This document shows positions 8,811-20,028 of a stretch of 64,000 nt of DNA, in pieces. Within the stretch, counting starts at the first letter, position 1. Each line of letters opens with the position of its first letter. Source of the DNA: Thermoproteota archaeon (GTDB lineage Archaea > Thermoproteota > Methanomethylicia > Culexarchaeales > Culexarchaeaceae); contig JAJHRD010000001.1 in NCBI GenBank assembly GCA_020833005.1, forward strand, positions 4,260 to 68,259. The letters run 5' to 3'. Position numbers and translations under genes: made by a program. The notes under the pieces are model-generated. The model was not told the origin of the DNA, searched no databases, and saw only the letters and a program-made list of their open reading frames with translations.

Positions 8811-9997
8811 AGTTAAAGGGATTATTGAAGTTAGCATTGAAACAGTTAATGGAGAGAAGAACTAGAACCATACTAACGATTTTGGCAATAGCCGTAGGTG
8901 TTACAAGTATAATTGCACTCTCAGCACAAGTGGAAGGGGTTAGCAATGAAATATTCAAAACCTTGGAGAAACTTGGACCAAACACAATAATAGTCACTGT
9001 TAGGAGTGGAGGACTATTCACAGATGTAGACGTATCAAATGTTAAAGGGTTAAGTGGAGTGGCAAAAGTGGCTCCAATATTCATAACCACTGCAAGAGTC
9101 ACAGGAATAAATGATAGGATAACGATACTTGGAGCCTCCACCACAGATATGCAAACAGTATTGGGAAGCATAAACCTAATTAAGGGGGAATCATATTACG
9201 ATGTACCATCACCCCAAGCAGTAATAGGCTACAACATAGCAGTGGATGATACAGGAGCATACAGGTATGATGTTGGACAACCAATACTGGTTCAGATAGG
9301 ATCCAGAAACATAATGATGATCACGGTGGGAATCCTCGACTCCTACGGAACATCAACAATAATAAACCCGGACACAACAATATTCATCCCAATAGACTAC
9401 CTAAGACTACTACTAAGAACCAGTGGATACACGGCAATTATAGTGAAGACAAACAGCATTGATGACGTGGACAGCGTCATGGAGCTAATAAGATACATGT
9501 TTGGAAGTAGAGCAAGCATAACATCAATAAAGCAGATTACAAGCACAGTTCAAGCAGTAACATCACAAATAAGCCTATTACTAGTGGGAATTGCTGGAAC
9601 ATCCTTCGTGGCAGCAGGGCTTGGAACATTCAACATAATGACAATATCAGTATTGGAAAGGGTTAGGGAGATAGGGATACTTAAGGCTATTGGAATGAAG
9701 GATAGAGGGGTCCTCGCATTATACCTCTCACAAGGATTAATACTTGGAATCCTTGGAAGCGGCATAGGAGTAATACTGGGTGCAGCCATCGCATACATAA
9801 TACCAATACTGCTAAGTGGCGGCGCTAGAATCAATGTTTCAGGCCAAAATGTTCTATCCACATACACGCCAAAAGTAACTCCAACATACATATTCATGTC
9901 AGTGATGATTGCAGTATTGGTGGCAGTAGTATCATCAGCATACCCATCATGGAAAGCTGCAAAAATGAATCCAGTGGAAGCATTAAGATACGAGTAA
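8807..9997 (+). CDS. ABC transporter permease, FtsX/MacB family
   Basis: 396 aa. N-terminal TM, a large extracytoplasmic domain, then three C-terminal TMs with RVREIGILKAIG (FtsX-like motif). Confidence 0.85.
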   Translation: MKLKGLLKLALKQLMERRTRTILTILAIAVGVTSIIALSAQVEGVSNEIFKTLEKLGPNTIIVTVRSGGLFTDVDVSNVKGLSGVAKVAPIFITTARVTGINDRITILGASTTDMQTVLGSINLIKGESYYDVPSPQAVIGYNIAVDDTGAYRYDVGQPILVQIGSRNIMMITVGILDSYGTSTIINPDTTIFIPIDYLRLLLRTSGYTAIIVKTNSIDDVDSVMELIRYMFGSRASITSIKQITSTVQAVTSQISLLLVGIAGTSFVAAGLGTFNIMTISVLERVREIGILKAIGMKDRGVLALYLSQGLILGILGSGIGVILGAAIAYIIPILLSGGARINVSGQNVLSTYTPKVTPTYIFMSVMIAVLVAVVSSAYPSWKAAKMNPVEALRYE

Positions 9998-10066
9998 TGG
10001 GGGCATGAATCATCCGATGGAAAAACGATATATAAACGTTTCAACAATGTATGTGTGGTGACATAA

Positions 10067-10489
10067 ATGGTTTCAAAAGAGTTACTTGAACTATTAAATG
10101 AAGCCATAGCCTCCGAAATGCAAGTGTCCATACAATACATGTGGCAACATGTACAATGGAGTGGAGTGAAAGGATTAGCTGTTAAGGATACTTTAAGGAG
10201 TATTGCAATTCAAGAAATGAAGCATGCAGAAAAGATAGCTGAAAGACTATACTACCTAGGGGGTAAACCCACAACAAAACCCAAAGAAATATTCGTGGGA
10301 GAGAATCTAAAGGAGATGATTGAAAGAGACGTTAAAGATGAAGAAACTGCCATCACGCTTTACAAGAAGATAATAAAGAAGGCTTTAGATGAAGGTGACG
10401 AAGTAACAGCACACATATTTAGAGAGATATTAGAGGATGAAGAAGACCATCATGACACATTCACAACAATACTTGAAGATTTAACGTGA
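10067..10489 (+). CDS. Ferritin-like protein (bacterioferritin/DpsL family)
   Basis: 140 aa four-helix pattern: EMQVSIQYMWQH...EMKHAEKIAERL...EEDHHD (di-iron ligand-like E/ExxH motifs). Confidence 0.7.
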   Translation: MVSKELLELLNEAIASEMQVSIQYMWQHVQWSGVKGLAVKDTLRSIAIQEMKHAEKIAERLYYLGGKPTTKPKEIFVGENLKEMIERDVKDEETAITLYKKIIKKALDEGDEVTAHIFREILEDEEDHHDTFTTILEDLT

Positions 10490-10510
10490 AAACAATAATT
10501 AACCCACATA

Positions 10511-10516
10511 TTTTTT
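10511..10516 (+). terminator. Oligo-T tract downstream of the ferritin-like gene
   Basis: TTTTTT lies 22 nt after the stop. Archaeal termination commonly uses oligo-T. Confidence 0.3.
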
Positions 10517-10521
10517 AAACC

Positions 10522-11718
10522 CTACATTTTTGCAGTTAAATGTTTATCATGACTCCTACGCATAATTAACCCCACAATCTGCACTATTAATAATGCTGAA
10601 AAGGTCAATATTGGTAGAAGCCATAGTATTGATAGATAGCTACCTGAAGACTCTATAATAAATCCGAATATTATGGGTCCAATCATAAATCCAGCGTCGA
10701 AGGCCATGGAGTATATTCCAGACCCAAATCCCCTAATTTCAGGAGGCAAATCACCTAGAGCAAGTAACTGTATTGCTGGAACCCATAAACCAGTTCCAAC
10801 ACCAACTAAGATTGCTACTACATAAACAAGTGGTGGATTTGGAAATATGCTGAGAATGATGTAACCTAAAGTTATTATTATGGCGCCAATAGATGCCACT
10901 GGAATGGAGCCATGTTTATCAGCAATCCTTCCACTAGTCGCCCTCGTCACGATGCTTGCTCCACCATTAATGCTTGAAAAGAGTCCGTAAGTCGCTGTAC
11001 CTAAACCAACACTAACATAATATGCGGGTAAGAATGCCCATACTCCACTCATGGCCATAGAATAAAATATTACAGCCAACATTGCACCAATGAAATTCAA
11101 TTTCAAAAGTCTTTTAATATCCTTAAATCCATTTGAATCGCCTCCATGCTTAACAATATCCTTTGGAACCATTCTGCTGGTGAAGTATATTATGATGAGG
11201 GCGGTAAAGACGAATAGAAAGTTTATTATGAAAGTATTCCTGTAACCCATTAGGTCAGCCAAATATCCGCCGATGCCAGGCCCCAACAATTGACTTATTC
11301 CAAACATCGTGCTTCTCCAACCCAGAGTTTCCCCAACTCTATCCACTGGGGAGAGATCTATGGCTGTGGATATGGATGCAGGCATGAAGAATGCTGAGGC
11401 TAAGCCGCTCAAAATTCTCCCAAAGGCAAAGGACCATAAGTTATTGGAGAAAAAGTAAATTATTGCTGCAGCACAGTTGAGGGCAGTTCCAAGCATTAGC
11501 GTTTCAAATCTCTTACCACGATCAACAATTAACCCTGCAAAGGGTCTAATAATTATGGTTACCATTGATGTTATAGATGATAGTAAGCCAATTATAATTG
11601 CATCAGCCCCTAGAGAAAGCGCGAATGGAGAAATTATTGGAGAAACTATCATTCCACCAGTGAAGAAGATTAGTGTTGAAATGTGGAGGAGCCATGCTAA
11701 CTTCACTAACTTATCCAC
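10522..11718 (-). CDS. MFS transporter
   Basis: 398 aa, about 12 predicted TM segments, DRGKRF-type loop between TM2 and TM3. Confidence 0.8.
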   Translation of the reverse strand: MDKLVKLAWLLHISTLIFFTGGMIVSPIISPFALSLGADAIIIGLLSSITSMVTIIIRPFAGLIVDRGKRFETLMLGTALNCAAAIIYFFSNNLWSFAFGRILSGLASAFFMPASISTAIDLSPVDRVGETLGWRSTMFGISQLLGPGIGGYLADLMGYRNTFIINFLFVFTALIIIYFTSRMVPKDIVKHGGDSNGFKDIKRLLKLNFIGAMLAVIFYSMAMSGVWAFLPAYYVSVGLGTATYGLFSSINGGASIVTRATSGRIADKHGSIPVASIGAIIITLGYIILSIFPNPPLVYVVAILVGVGTGLWVPAIQLLALGDLPPEIRGFGSGIYSMAFDAGFMIGPIIFGFIIESSGSYLSILWLLPILTFSALLIVQIVGLIMRRSHDKHLTAKM

Positions 11719-11794
11719 TATTTTTCACCATTAAATGTATTATTAGAAATGTAAGGCAATTGTGGTTTAAGTTTTTCTGTGGGTGGAGTGAATT

Positions 11795-12199
11795 TTACTT
11801 TAATGGTACGTACATGCTTGATCTAGTAGCCCTTAAACCTGGAGCTCCATGAACCACCTTCTTGTTCGTTATTGCAAACTCACCTAGGTAATGCCCAATC
11901 ATCTCAGTGGTTATCTCAACTGGAACGAAATCCTTGCCATTATGTACATGTATTGTTAAACCAACCATTTCTGGTAGTATTATCATATCTCTACAATGCG
12001 TTCTTATCTTCACATTCTTACCTTCACTCATAAGTTTCTTGGCCTCCCTAATCTTCTCCAATAATATACGTTGCTGGGGAGTTAACCCCCTCTTCAAGCT
12101 CCTCCTCTGCCTAGAGGGGAGTAGTGTGACAAATTTGTCCATGGGCATTTCAAGCAATTGCTGGAGCGTATACCCCCTATAAGTGAATTCCCTTGGCAT
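11795..12199 (-). CDS. rps19: 30S ribosomal protein uS19
   Basis: Sequence runs [10 protein letters not shown]...[23 protein letters not shown]. It sits on the opposite strand to the adjacent rpl22 cluster. Confidence 0.9.
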   Translation of the reverse strand: MPREFTYRGYTLQQLLEMPMDKFVTLLPSRQRRSLKRGLTPQQRILLEKIREAKKLMSEGKNVKIRTHCRDMIILPEMVGLTIHVHNGKDFVPVEITTEMIGHYLGEFAITNKKVVHGAPGLRATRSSMYVPLK

Positions 12200-12351
12200 A
12201 ACGGTACACCAACAACCTCATACACTTAATGCTTAAATATCTAATAAACTTTACTTCAAAGTATCATTCTAAGGGGGAAAGCAAAATTTTTATAGTATTT
12301 AATGGAAAAATGCTTAGTCTAAATATTTGATATGTGTAGGAGATTAGGATT

Positions 12352-12819
12352 ATGCCCAGTTGGGGTTATTCAATAAGGGGGCTGAACCCCGAGACAACTG
12401 CGAAAGCTTGTGGTAGAGATATGAATATTTCATATAAGGCAGCATATGAGATATGTAAATTCATTAGGGGGATGAAGCTCGAAGAAGCAATAGAGTATTT
12501 GGAGAAGGTATGTAGGAAGGAAAAGCCCATCCCATTCACAAGGTTTACTGGTAAAGTTGCACATCATAGGGGGATGGAGGGAAGGGCTTCATTAAGATAC
12601 CCTGTCAAGGCATCAAGGGAGATAATATCATTATTAAATCAAGTTAAAGCTAACGCTGAATACAAGGGTTTAAACCCGGATAAATTGAGGATAATTCACA
12701 TTGCAGCCATGAAGGGGCCTACGATAAAGAAGTATATTGAAAGGGCGTTTGGAAGGGCATCACCATACAATAGGCAACTTGTACATATAGAAGTGGCAGT
12801 TGCGGAGGAGGAAACATGA
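12352..12819 (+). CDS. rpl22: 50S ribosomal protein uL22
   Basis: Sequence similarity by eye and its position as the first gene of the r-protein cluster. Confidence 0.9.
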   Translation: MPSWGYSIRGLNPETTAKACGRDMNISYKAAYEICKFIRGMKLEEAIEYLEKVCRKEKPIPFTRFTGKVAHHRGMEGRASLRYPVKASREIISLLNQVKANAEYKGLNPDKLRIIHIAAMKGPTIKKYIERAFGRASPYNRQLVHIEVAVAEEET

Positions 12820-13454
12820 GTATAAAAAGATACTTCGTCCATGAAGGATACAAGAAAATGCAAATCGATGAATATTTAATGAAGGAATTTGAGAAAGCAG
12901 GATATGCTGGAATGGAAATGTATAAAACTCCACTGGGAACAAGAATAACAATATACGCTGAAAGACCTGGAATCATAATAGGTAGAGGAGGAACAACAAT
13001 TAAAAAGCTTGCTGAAACCCTTGAGAAGAGATTTGGCGTGGAGAGACCTCAAATAGCAATAGCACAAGTACAAAATCCGGAACTAAATGCAAAGGTCATG
13101 GCATTAAGAATAGCTAGGGCAATGGAGAAGGGGGTAAACTTTAGGAGAGCTGCCTTCGTCGCATTAAGACAAATAATGGATGCTGGAGCTAGAGGAGCTG
13201 AAATAATAATAAGCGGAAAACTGAGATCAGAAAGGGCAAACTACGAGAAGGTTAAAGCTGGAGAACTATTAAAAGTAGGGGAGAAGAAAGAATTACTCGT
13301 AGATGAAGCAAAAGCAGAAGTTCTATTGAAGCCAGGAAAGTATGGCATAAAAGTGAGGATAATGCCACCAGTAAAAACCCCGGACGAAATCACAATAAAG
13401 GAGAAGGCTGAGTCGGAGGAGGGGGAGGAAAGTGGCGATAATAAGAGTGAATGA
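12816..13454 (+). CDS. rps3: 30S ribosomal protein uS3
   Basis: KH-domain motif IIGRGGTTIKKL; conserved order after uL22. Confidence 0.9.
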   Translation: MSIKRYFVHEGYKKMQIDEYLMKEFEKAGYAGMEMYKTPLGTRITIYAERPGIIIGRGGTTIKKLAETLEKRFGVERPQIAIAQVQNPELNAKVMALRIARAMEKGVNFRRAAFVALRQIMDAGARGAEIIISGKLRSERANYEKVKAGELLKVGEKKELLVDEAKAEVLLKPGKYGIKVRIMPPVKTPDEITIKEKAESEEGEESGDNKSE

Positions 13455-13644
13455 AATAAGGAAAATGACCCCTGAACAGAGGAGGGAAAAGCTTTCAGAA
13501 CTTAAGGCAGAATTGGCGAAAACCATGGCTCTAGCAGCTTCAGGAGCCCCTCTAGACAACCCCAAAAAGATAAGGGAACTGAAGAAGGCAATAGCCAGAA
13601 TACTCACAATAGAAAACGAAGAGAAGAGGAGGGGGAAGAAGTGA
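13432..13644 (+). CDS. rpl29: 50S ribosomal protein uL29
   Basis: IRVNEIRKMTPEQRREKLSELKAEL; GTG start. Confidence 0.85.
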   Translation: MAIIRVNEIRKMTPEQRREKLSELKAELAKTMALAASGAPLDNPKKIRELKKAIARILTIENEEKRRGKK

Positions 13645-13937
13645 AGATAACTGCGAAAAATATAATAGCCCACGAACTCATTGGTTTAAAGGTTAAAGTG
13701 AGCGAATGCAGTAACAAAAGCTGCATAGGAATTAGTGGAATGGTAGTTGATGAAACTATGAAGACAATTAAAATAAAAGATGAAAAAGATGGTAGAGTGA
13801 AAGTTATACCAAAAATTAATACAAAATTCATATTCGAAACTGAGATAGGGGAATTAGTGGAAGTTGATGGAAACGTGATAATAGCGAGACCTGAAGATAG
13901 ATTGAAAAAGATAACTGTGAGGAGGAGATGGTGGTAA
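13641..13937 (+). CDS. rnp1: RNase P protein component 1 (Rpp29/Pop4)
   Basis: ELIGLKVKV..S.N....GISGMVVDETMKTIKI....IPK, in the conserved position between uL29 and uS17. Confidence 0.8.
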   Translation: MKITAKNIIAHELIGLKVKVSECSNKSCIGISGMVVDETMKTIKIKDEKDGRVKVIPKINTKFIFETEIGELVEVDGNVIIARPEDRLKKITVRRRWW

Positions 13938-14288
13938 ATGAGCACTTCAGCAAGAAACATAGGAATACCGGGGGTTAAACCTCCAACAACAACATGCAAC
14001 GACCCATTATGCCCATATCATGGGAAACTTAGCGTTAGAGGGAAAGTTATCGAGGGAACCGTTGTAAGTAGCAAAATGAGTAAAGCAGTAGTTGTACAGA
14101 GAGACTACCTATACTATGTTCCAAAATATAAGAGGTATGAGAAGAGGAGGTCAAAAATACATGCATACAAACCCCCATGCATAGAGGTTAAAGAGGGGGA
14201 TATTGTAAAGATAGCTGAATGCAGACCCATAAGCAAAACAATATCCTTCGTAGTCATAGAGAAAGTGGAGGGGAAAGGAAGTGGCTAA
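13938..14288 (+). CDS. rps17: 30S ribosomal protein uS17
   Basis: [30 protein letters not shown]. Confidence 0.9.
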   Translation: MSTSARNIGIPGVKPPTTTCNDPLCPYHGKLSVRGKVIEGTVVSSKMSKAVVVQRDYLYYVPKYKRYEKRRSKIHAYKPPCIEVKEGDIVKIAECRPISKTISFVVIEKVEGKGSG

Positions 14289-14709
14289 GAGGGGAGCTAA
14301 AGGGGCTGTTGGAGTATCATATAGACATGGTGTAAGCGCAGGATTACCAGTTGGGGCTAGAATTAAATGTACAGATAACAGTGGAGCAAAAATAGTTCAA
14401 ATAATTGGAGTAGTAGGCTTAAAGGGTAGGTTGAGAAGGTTAGTATCAGCATCCGTTGGAGATATGGTTATAGTATCTGTGAAGGAAGGAACTCCAGAAA
14501 TGAGGAGGCAAATACTTAGAGCAGTAATAGTTAGACAGAAAAAGCCATACAGGAGACTTGATGGAAGCTGGATACAATTTGAAGACAACGCAGCAGTAAT
14601 AGTAACCCCTGAAGGGGAACCGAGGGGGACAGATATAAGAGGGCCTGTGGCTAAGGAAGCTGCGGAGAGATGGCCTAAAGTTGCAGCCTTAGCAAGTATA
14701 ATAATTTGA
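14281..14709 (+). CDS. rpl14: 50S ribosomal protein uL14
   Basis: Contains CTDNSGAK and IVRQKK.YRR.DG; GTG start. Confidence 0.9.
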   Translation: MAKRGAKGAVGVSYRHGVSAGLPVGARIKCTDNSGAKIVQIIGVVGLKGRLRRLVSASVGDMVIVSVKEGTPEMRRQILRAVIVRQKKPYRRLDGSWIQFEDNAAVIVTPEGEPRGTDIRGPVAKEAAERWPKVAALASIII

Positions 14710-14723
14710 GGGGGTGGAAATAA

Positions 14724-15104
14724 GTGTACTGGAAAACAAAATCCAAGAAACCTTCAAAACAGAGGAAGGCGATCCTCGAAGCCCCACTACATAAAAGGCA
14801 TGATTTAATGGCAGCCCCCCTATCACCGGAACTAAGGAAGAAGTATAATAGAAGGTCATTCCCCGTTAGAAAGGGGGATACCGTGTTAATAATGAGGGGG
14901 GATTTCGCTGGAATAGAGGGGAAGGTTGTGAAAGTAGATTTAAAGGAGATGAGAATACACGTTGAGGGGGCAACCCGCAAGAAAGCTGATGGAACAATAG
15001 TATATGTCCCCATACATCCATCAAAAGTTATGATAACCAAACTCGACCTATCAGACGAATTGAGGAAGAAGGCATTGGAGAGGAAGGTGATGGGAAGTGG
15101 GTAG
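14724..15104 (+). CDS. rpl24: 50S ribosomal protein uL24
   Basis: SKQRKA near the N-terminus and the KOW motif [16 protein letters not shown]; GTG start. Confidence 0.9.
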   Translation: MYWKTKSKKPSKQRKAILEAPLHKRHDLMAAPLSPELRKKYNRRSFPVRKGDTVLIMRGDFAGIEGKVVKVDLKEMRIHVEGATRKKADGTIVYVPIHPSKVMITKLDLSDELRKKALERKVMGSG

Positions 15105-15849
15105 GAGAGGCCCTCCAAAACATTTAAAGAGATTTGCATCACCAGCATTCTGGCCAATACCAAAGAAGGCATATACATTTACAGTTAGACCATTACCAGG
15201 ACCACATCCAATAGAAGACTCAATACCACTACTAATAATTGTAAGAGACATACTAAAACATGGCGAAACCTATAGGGAAGCTAAGAAGATAATTAAGAGG
15301 GGGGAAATACTCGTAGATGGAAGAATAGTAAGGGAGGAAAAGTTTCCAGTAGGAATAATGGATGTAGTATCAATACCATCCACAGGGGAAAACTATCGCG
15401 TACTCCCAGACCCAATAAAGGGGTTAAGACTACACCCAATAGGGAAGGAAGAAGCAACATTCAAACTATGCAGAATAGAAAATAAAACCATGGTTAAGGG
15501 TGGAAATATACAACTAAACTTGCATGATGGAAGAAACATACTGATAAAGGTGGCAAATCCAGCCAAACCAGAAGAAGACGTATATGACGTATTGGATGTT
15601 GTCAAAATAGGATTACCAAATCAAGATATACAAGCTCACATAAAATTCAAGGAGGGGGTGCAAGCCCTAATAATAAAGGGTAAGAATAGAGGGCTCTATG
15701 GAAAGATAGATAGGATTGAGGGGCCAGTCCAGAAAGAATACAAAACAGCAGTAATAGAAAGCTTCAATGGCAATTTAATAAGAGCAAACATAACATACGT
15801 ATTTGCAATTGGAGAAAATGAGCAATTAATATCCCTGCCAAAATGGTGA
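15097..15849 (+). CDS. rps4e: 30S ribosomal protein eS4
   Basis: [21 protein letters not shown]. Confidence 0.9.
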   Translation: MGRRGPPKHLKRFASPAFWPIPKKAYTFTVRPLPGPHPIEDSIPLLIIVRDILKHGETYREAKKIIKRGEILVDGRIVREEKFPVGIMDVVSIPSTGENYRVLPDPIKGLRLHPIGKEEATFKLCRIENKTMVKGGNIQLNLHDGRNILIKVANPAKPEEDVYDVLDVVKIGLPNQDIQAHIKFKEGVQALIIKGKNRGLYGKIDRIEGPVQKEYKTAVIESFNGNLIRANITYVFAIGENEQLISLPKW

Positions 15850-16376
15850 GAAGAATTATGTCAAACTCAAACCCCATGCAGAAAATTATGATCGATAAAG
15901 TCGTTGTAAATATATGTGTTGGTCCAGGAGAAAAACTGGAGAAAGCAGTAAAAGTTTTAGAAGAATTAACTGGACAGAAGCCATGTAAAAGGAGAGCTAA
16001 AAAAACTATAAGGGAATTTGGCATAAGGAGGGGGGAAGAAATCGCATGCATCACCACATTAAGGGGGGATAAAGCTAAAGAATTCCTACAAAGAGCGCTC
16101 GCAGCAAAAGGCAACACCATTAAAAGGGAAAGCTTCGATAAACATGGAAACGTCTCCTTCGGAATAAAGGAACACTTAGACATACCTGGAACGAAATACG
16201 ATCCAAATCTAGGGATATTCGGAATGGATGTAACAATAGTATTTAAGAAGCCTGGATACAGAGTAGCAGTGAGAAGAAGGAGGAGGAGCAAAGTGGGAAG
16301 TGCGCAAAGAGTGAAGGTGGAAGAGGCAATAGAATACCTTAAAAGTAACTTCGGAGTTGAAATTGTGGAGGGATAG
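15843..16376 (+). CDS. rpl5: 50S ribosomal protein uL5
   Basis: [18 protein letters not shown], in conserved order. Confidence 0.9.
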   Translation: MVRRIMSNSNPMQKIMIDKVVVNICVGPGEKLEKAVKVLEELTGQKPCKRRAKKTIREFGIRRGEEIACITTLRGDKAKEFLQRALAAKGNTIKRESFDKHGNVSFGIKEHLDIPGTKYDPNLGIFGMDVTIVFKKPGYRVAVRRRRRSKVGSAQRVKVEEAIEYLKSNFGVEIVEG

Positions 16377-16378
16377 AA

Positions 16379-16543
16379 ATGGGGAAGTATAAACCACCAA
16401 AGGAGAGAAAGTTTGGGAAGGGTAGTAGACCATGCGTTAGATGTGGACATCAAGGGCCAATAATAAGGAAGTATGGTCTAAACCTTTGCAGACAATGCTT
16501 CAGAGAAGTAGCTGAAGAAATGGGATTTAAAAAGTACATGTGA
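16379..16543 (+). CDS. rps14: 30S ribosomal protein uS14 (zinc-binding type Z), 54 aa; too short to appear in the ORF track
   Basis: Own translation: [54 protein letters not shown]. Has CxxC...CxxC and lies in the expected slot between uL5 and uS8. Confidence 0.9.
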   Translation: MGKYKPPKERKFGKGSRPCVRCGHQGPIIRKYGLNLCRQCFREVAEEMGFKKYM

Positions 16544-16554
16544 GGTGAATTAAG

Positions 16555-16947
16555 TTGACCATGGTAGACCCACTATCCAACGCCCTATCAAACATATGGA
16601 ACAATGAAATTAGAAACAAAAATGAATGTATAATAACCCCATCATCAAAACTAATAATAAATGTTCTCAAAGTAATGCAGAGAAAGGGGTACATTGGAGA
16701 GATAGAATTAATTGATGATGGAAGATTCGGAAAAATAAAAGTCCAACTACTTGGAAGGATAAACAAATGTGGCGCAATAAGGCCAAGGTATAGTGTTGGA
16801 TATAGGGAGCTACCCCAATGGGAGAAACAATTCCTACCATCAAGGGATATAGGAATACTCATAGTCTCAACATCCAAGGGGGTTATGACAAGCAAAGAAG
16901 CTATGGAAAATAAAGTTGGAGGGGTCTTACTAGCATACGTATATTAG
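16555..16947 (+). CDS. rps8: 30S ribosomal protein uS8
   Basis: [14 protein letters not shown]; start is TTG 16555 or ATG 16561. Confidence 0.9.
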   Translation: MTMVDPLSNALSNIWNNEIRNKNECIITPSSKLIINVLKVMQRKGYIGEIELIDDGRFGKIKVQLLGRINKCGAIRPRYSVGYRELPQWEKQFLPSRDIGILIVSTSKGVMTSKEAMENKVGGVLLAYVY

Positions 16948-16959
16948 AGGGAGGGGGAA

Positions 16960-17499
16960 ATGGTTAAAACATACATAGCAAGAGAAGAAATAGAAATACC
17001 GGAAAACGTGAAAGCTGAAATAAATGGTAATGTAGTCATAGTTAAAGGACCTAAGGGGGAGATAAAGAGGGATTTCACACATGCAAGGAAAATAACAATA
17101 AAATTGGAAGGTAACAAGATAATAGTGGAAAAATATTTCCCATCAAAAGAGGAAAAGGCACTAGTTGGAACAATAGCGGGACATATAAGAAACCTAATTA
17201 AGGGGGTTACGGAAGGATTCAAATATAAAATGAAAATTGTATATTCACACTTCCCAATAAACGTGAAAGTGAAGGGCAATTATGTTTATATTGAAAACTT
17301 CATAGGGGAGAAATACCCAAGAAAAGCGAAAATAATTGGTAAAGTAAACATAAACGTTACCGGGAATGAAATAATAATAGAGGGTATTGATATAGAAGAA
17401 GTAAGCCAAACAGCCGCAAATATTGAACATGCCACAAAAATAGTTGGGAAAGATCCAAGAGTATTCCTAGATGGAATATATGTTTATGAGAGGGAGTGA
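16960..17499 (+). CDS. rpl6: 50S ribosomal protein uL6
   Basis: Order and sequence pattern (V.V.GPKGE..R.F). Confidence 0.9.
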   Translation: MVKTYIAREEIEIPENVKAEINGNVVIVKGPKGEIKRDFTHARKITIKLEGNKIIVEKYFPSKEEKALVGTIAGHIRNLIKGVTEGFKYKMKIVYSHFPINVKVKGNYVYIENFIGEKYPRKAKIIGKVNINVTGNEIIIEGIDIEEVSQTAANIEHATKIVGKDPRVFLDGIYVYERE

Positions 17500-17502
17500 A
17501 AA

Positions 17503-17895
17503 ATGGAGAGGAAGAAGATAAAGGAGATGATAAAGAGAATAAGGGAGAGGAAAATTGAGTTCATAAGACCATGGAGCTTCAGATTAAAGAGGCTTGGGGA
17601 ATCTTGGAGGAAGCCAAAGGGGCTTGATGATAAACATAGATTACAAGTTAAAGGATATAAGCCAATAGTAAAGGTGGGTTATAGAAGCCCGAGAAATATA
17701 CGGAATATACATCCATCAGGATACATTGAGAAGATAGTGTATAGACCTGAAGAACTTGAAGGTCTAGACCCAAAAATATACGCAATAAAAATAGCCCACA
17801 CTGTAGGTAGAAGGAAGAGGATGGAAATAATTGATAAAGCAAAGCAAATGGGACTGAAAATTTTGAATCCAACAATAATTGAGGAGGCAGAGTAG
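17503..17895 (+). CDS. rpl32e: 50S ribosomal protein eL32
   Basis: WRKPKGLDDKHR....G....V.VGYRSP. Confidence 0.9.
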   Translation: MERKKIKEMIKRIRERKIEFIRPWSFRLKRLGESWRKPKGLDDKHRLQVKGYKPIVKVGYRSPRNIRNIHPSGYIEKIVYRPEELEGLDPKIYAIKIAHTVGRRKRMEIIDKAKQMGLKILNPTIIEEAE

Positions 17896-17898
17896 AAT

Positions 17899-18321
17899 AT
17901 GCCAAACACCCTCAGAAGTGTTAGAAGGATGGCTGCTGAAATCTTAAAGGTTGGAGAGAATAGGGTTTGGATAAATCCGGAAGAGATAGAGAGAGTTTCA
18001 GAAGCGATAACTAGGGAGGATGTGAAGTCATTGATAAAGGAGGGAATCATAAAGAAGAGGGCAGAAAAGGGGATAAGTAAGAAGGAGAAACGTAAAAGGA
18101 GGGGGCCTGGAAGTAGGAAGGGGCCAAGCATTAGTAGAAAAGTTAAATGGATCATGAAAGTTAGAGCACAAAGGAAGTTCATAAGGGAACTCAAAGCTAA
18201 AAAGGTTATCAGCGAATCCACATACAGAATGCTTTATAGAATGGTGAAAGGGAATGCCTTCAACAGCATCTCACAAATAAAGACATTCATAAAGGAAAGG
18301 AATCTGGCAAGGAGGAAGTAG
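17899..18321 (+). CDS. rpl19e: 50S ribosomal protein eL19
   Basis: [25 protein letters not shown]. Confidence 0.9.
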   Translation: MPNTLRSVRRMAAEILKVGENRVWINPEEIERVSEAITREDVKSLIKEGIIKKRAEKGISKKEKRKRRGPGSRKGPSISRKVKWIMKVRAQRKFIRELKAKKVISESTYRMLYRMVKGNAFNSISQIKTFIKERNLARRK

Positions 18322-18322
18322 T

Positions 18323-18916
18323 ATGGCTAGGGGGGCAAGATATAAAGTTCCATTTAGAAGGAGGAGGGAGGGGTTAACTGATTATAGAGCGAGACTGAAA
18401 ATGATAATATCCAGAAAACCAAGACTTGTTGTTAGGAAAACCAACATGTATGTAATTGCACAAATAGCTGAAGCAAAGATAAATGGTGATGAAATAATAG
18501 TTTCAGCACACTCAAAAGAACTCAGAAAATACGGATGGAAATATTCATGCAAGAATACTCCATCATGCTACCTCCTAGGATTATTGGTGGGATATAGAGC
18601 AGTGAAGAGTGGAGTGAAGGAGGCAATACTGGACATTGGATTACACAGACCAACTAAGGGGGCTAGAGTGTTTGCGGTGGCTAAGGGGGCTTTAGACGCT
18701 GGATTAAATATCCCAATATCAGAGGAAAAGATTCCAAGTGAAGAGAGAATTAGAGGAGAACACATAAAAGAGTATGCGGAAAAACTCCTCTCAGAAAATC
18801 AAGAAGAATATAATAGGAGGTTTTCTAATTACATGAAAATGAAAGTCAAACCAGAAGATATTACTGAGGAATTCGAAAAAGTTAAAAAGAAGATAATAAT
18901 GGAATATGGGGGATGA
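18323..18916 (+). CDS. rpl18: 50S ribosomal protein uL18
   Basis: [22 protein letters not shown]. Confidence 0.9.
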   Translation: MARGARYKVPFRRRREGLTDYRARLKMIISRKPRLVVRKTNMYVIAQIAEAKINGDEIIVSAHSKELRKYGWKYSCKNTPSCYLLGLLVGYRAVKSGVKEAILDIGLHRPTKGARVFAVAKGALDAGLNIPISEEKIPSEERIRGEHIKEYAEKLLSENQEEYNRRFSNYMKMKVKPEDITEEFEKVKKKIIMEYGG

Positions 18917-19551
18917 ATATGGGGGAGGAAACAAGCACGCAGAAAACTGAATGGGAACCAAAAACCACGGTGGGAAAATTGGTTAAGGAGGGGACTATAA
19001 ACTCAATTTATCAACTCTACAGCCTTAACCTGCCAATACTTGAACCGGAAATAGTAGACATATTGGTCCCAAACTTAAAGAATGAAGTGGTATATGTTAG
19101 CATAGTTCAAAAACAAACAGATGCAGGAGAGCAAAGTAGATTTAAAGTTGCAGTCATAGTTGGAAATGAAGATGGATTAGTTGGAATTGGAACTGCAAAA
19201 GCAAAACAACTTAGATTCGCAATAGACAAAGCAATAGAAGATGCAAAACTAAAAATAATACCAGTAAATAGGGGTTGTGGAAGTTGGGAATGCTCATGCA
19301 ATAGACCACACAGCATACCATTCAAAGTGGTTGGGAAGAGTGGAAGTGTTGAAATAACATTAAAACCAGCTCCAAGGGGGGTTGGACTAGTAGCAGGAGA
19401 CCCTGCAAAGGTAGTTCTTAGACTTGCAGGCATACAAGACATATGGTCATTCACAAGGGGGGAAACTAGAACAACACTAAACTTCATAATGGCAACCTAT
19501 AATGCCCTAAAGAATACAAATAGATTCAGATTCGGATGGAGAAGTGCGTAA
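18913..19551 (+). CDS. rps5: 30S ribosomal protein uS5
   Basis: [15 protein letters not shown] and the C-terminal GVGLVAG motif. Confidence 0.9.
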   Translation: MNMGEETSTQKTEWEPKTTVGKLVKEGTINSIYQLYSLNLPILEPEIVDILVPNLKNEVVYVSIVQKQTDAGEQSRFKVAVIVGNEDGLVGIGTAKAKQLRFAIDKAIEDAKLKIIPVNRGCGSWECSCNRPHSIPFKVVGKSGSVEITLKPAPRGVGLVAGDPAKVVLRLAGIQDIWSFTRGETRTTLNFIMATYNALKNTNRFRFGWRSA

Positions 19552-19553
19552 AA

Positions 19554-20027
19554 ATGAGCAAACCCATAGCAGTAATAAGAATTAGGGGAACAGTTGGAGT
19601 GCCAAAAGAGGATGAAGATACGCTAAAAATGCTTAGATTAAATAAACCAAATCACATGAGAATATTAAAGCCAAATCCAAGCATAATTGGAATGATAAAG
19701 AAAGTTGAAAAGTATGTAACATGGGGAGAAATAGATTTGGAAACCTTAGAAATGGTCTTGAGGAAGAGGGGGAGACTCACTGGAAATAGGAAATTAACAG
19801 ATGAATACGTGAAGGAAAAGCTTGGATTAAATGGTATAAGGGAACTTGCAGAGAAAATATTTAATGGGGAAATAGATATAAACGATCTAAAGGATTTTAA
19901 ACCAATATTCAGATTAACACCCCCAAGTGGTGGATTTAAGAAATCAGTAAAAGCATTCTATTCATCAAATGGGGAACTTGGATATAGAGGTGGGGAAATA
20001 AACAAACTAATAGTTAGAATGTTGTAG
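19554..20027 (+). CDS. rpl30: 50S ribosomal protein uL30
   Basis: MSKPIAVIRIRGTVGVPKEDEDTLKMLRL. The ORF-track start at 19536 overlaps rps5, so ATG 19554 is preferred. Confidence 0.88.
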   Translation: MSKPIAVIRIRGTVGVPKEDEDTLKMLRLNKPNHMRILKPNPSIIGMIKKVEKYVTWGEIDLETLEMVLRKRGRLTGNRKLTDEYVKEKLGLNGIRELAEKIFNGEIDINDLKDFKPIFRLTPPSGGFKKSVKAFYSSNGELGYRGGEINKLIVRML

Positions 20028-20028
20028 G

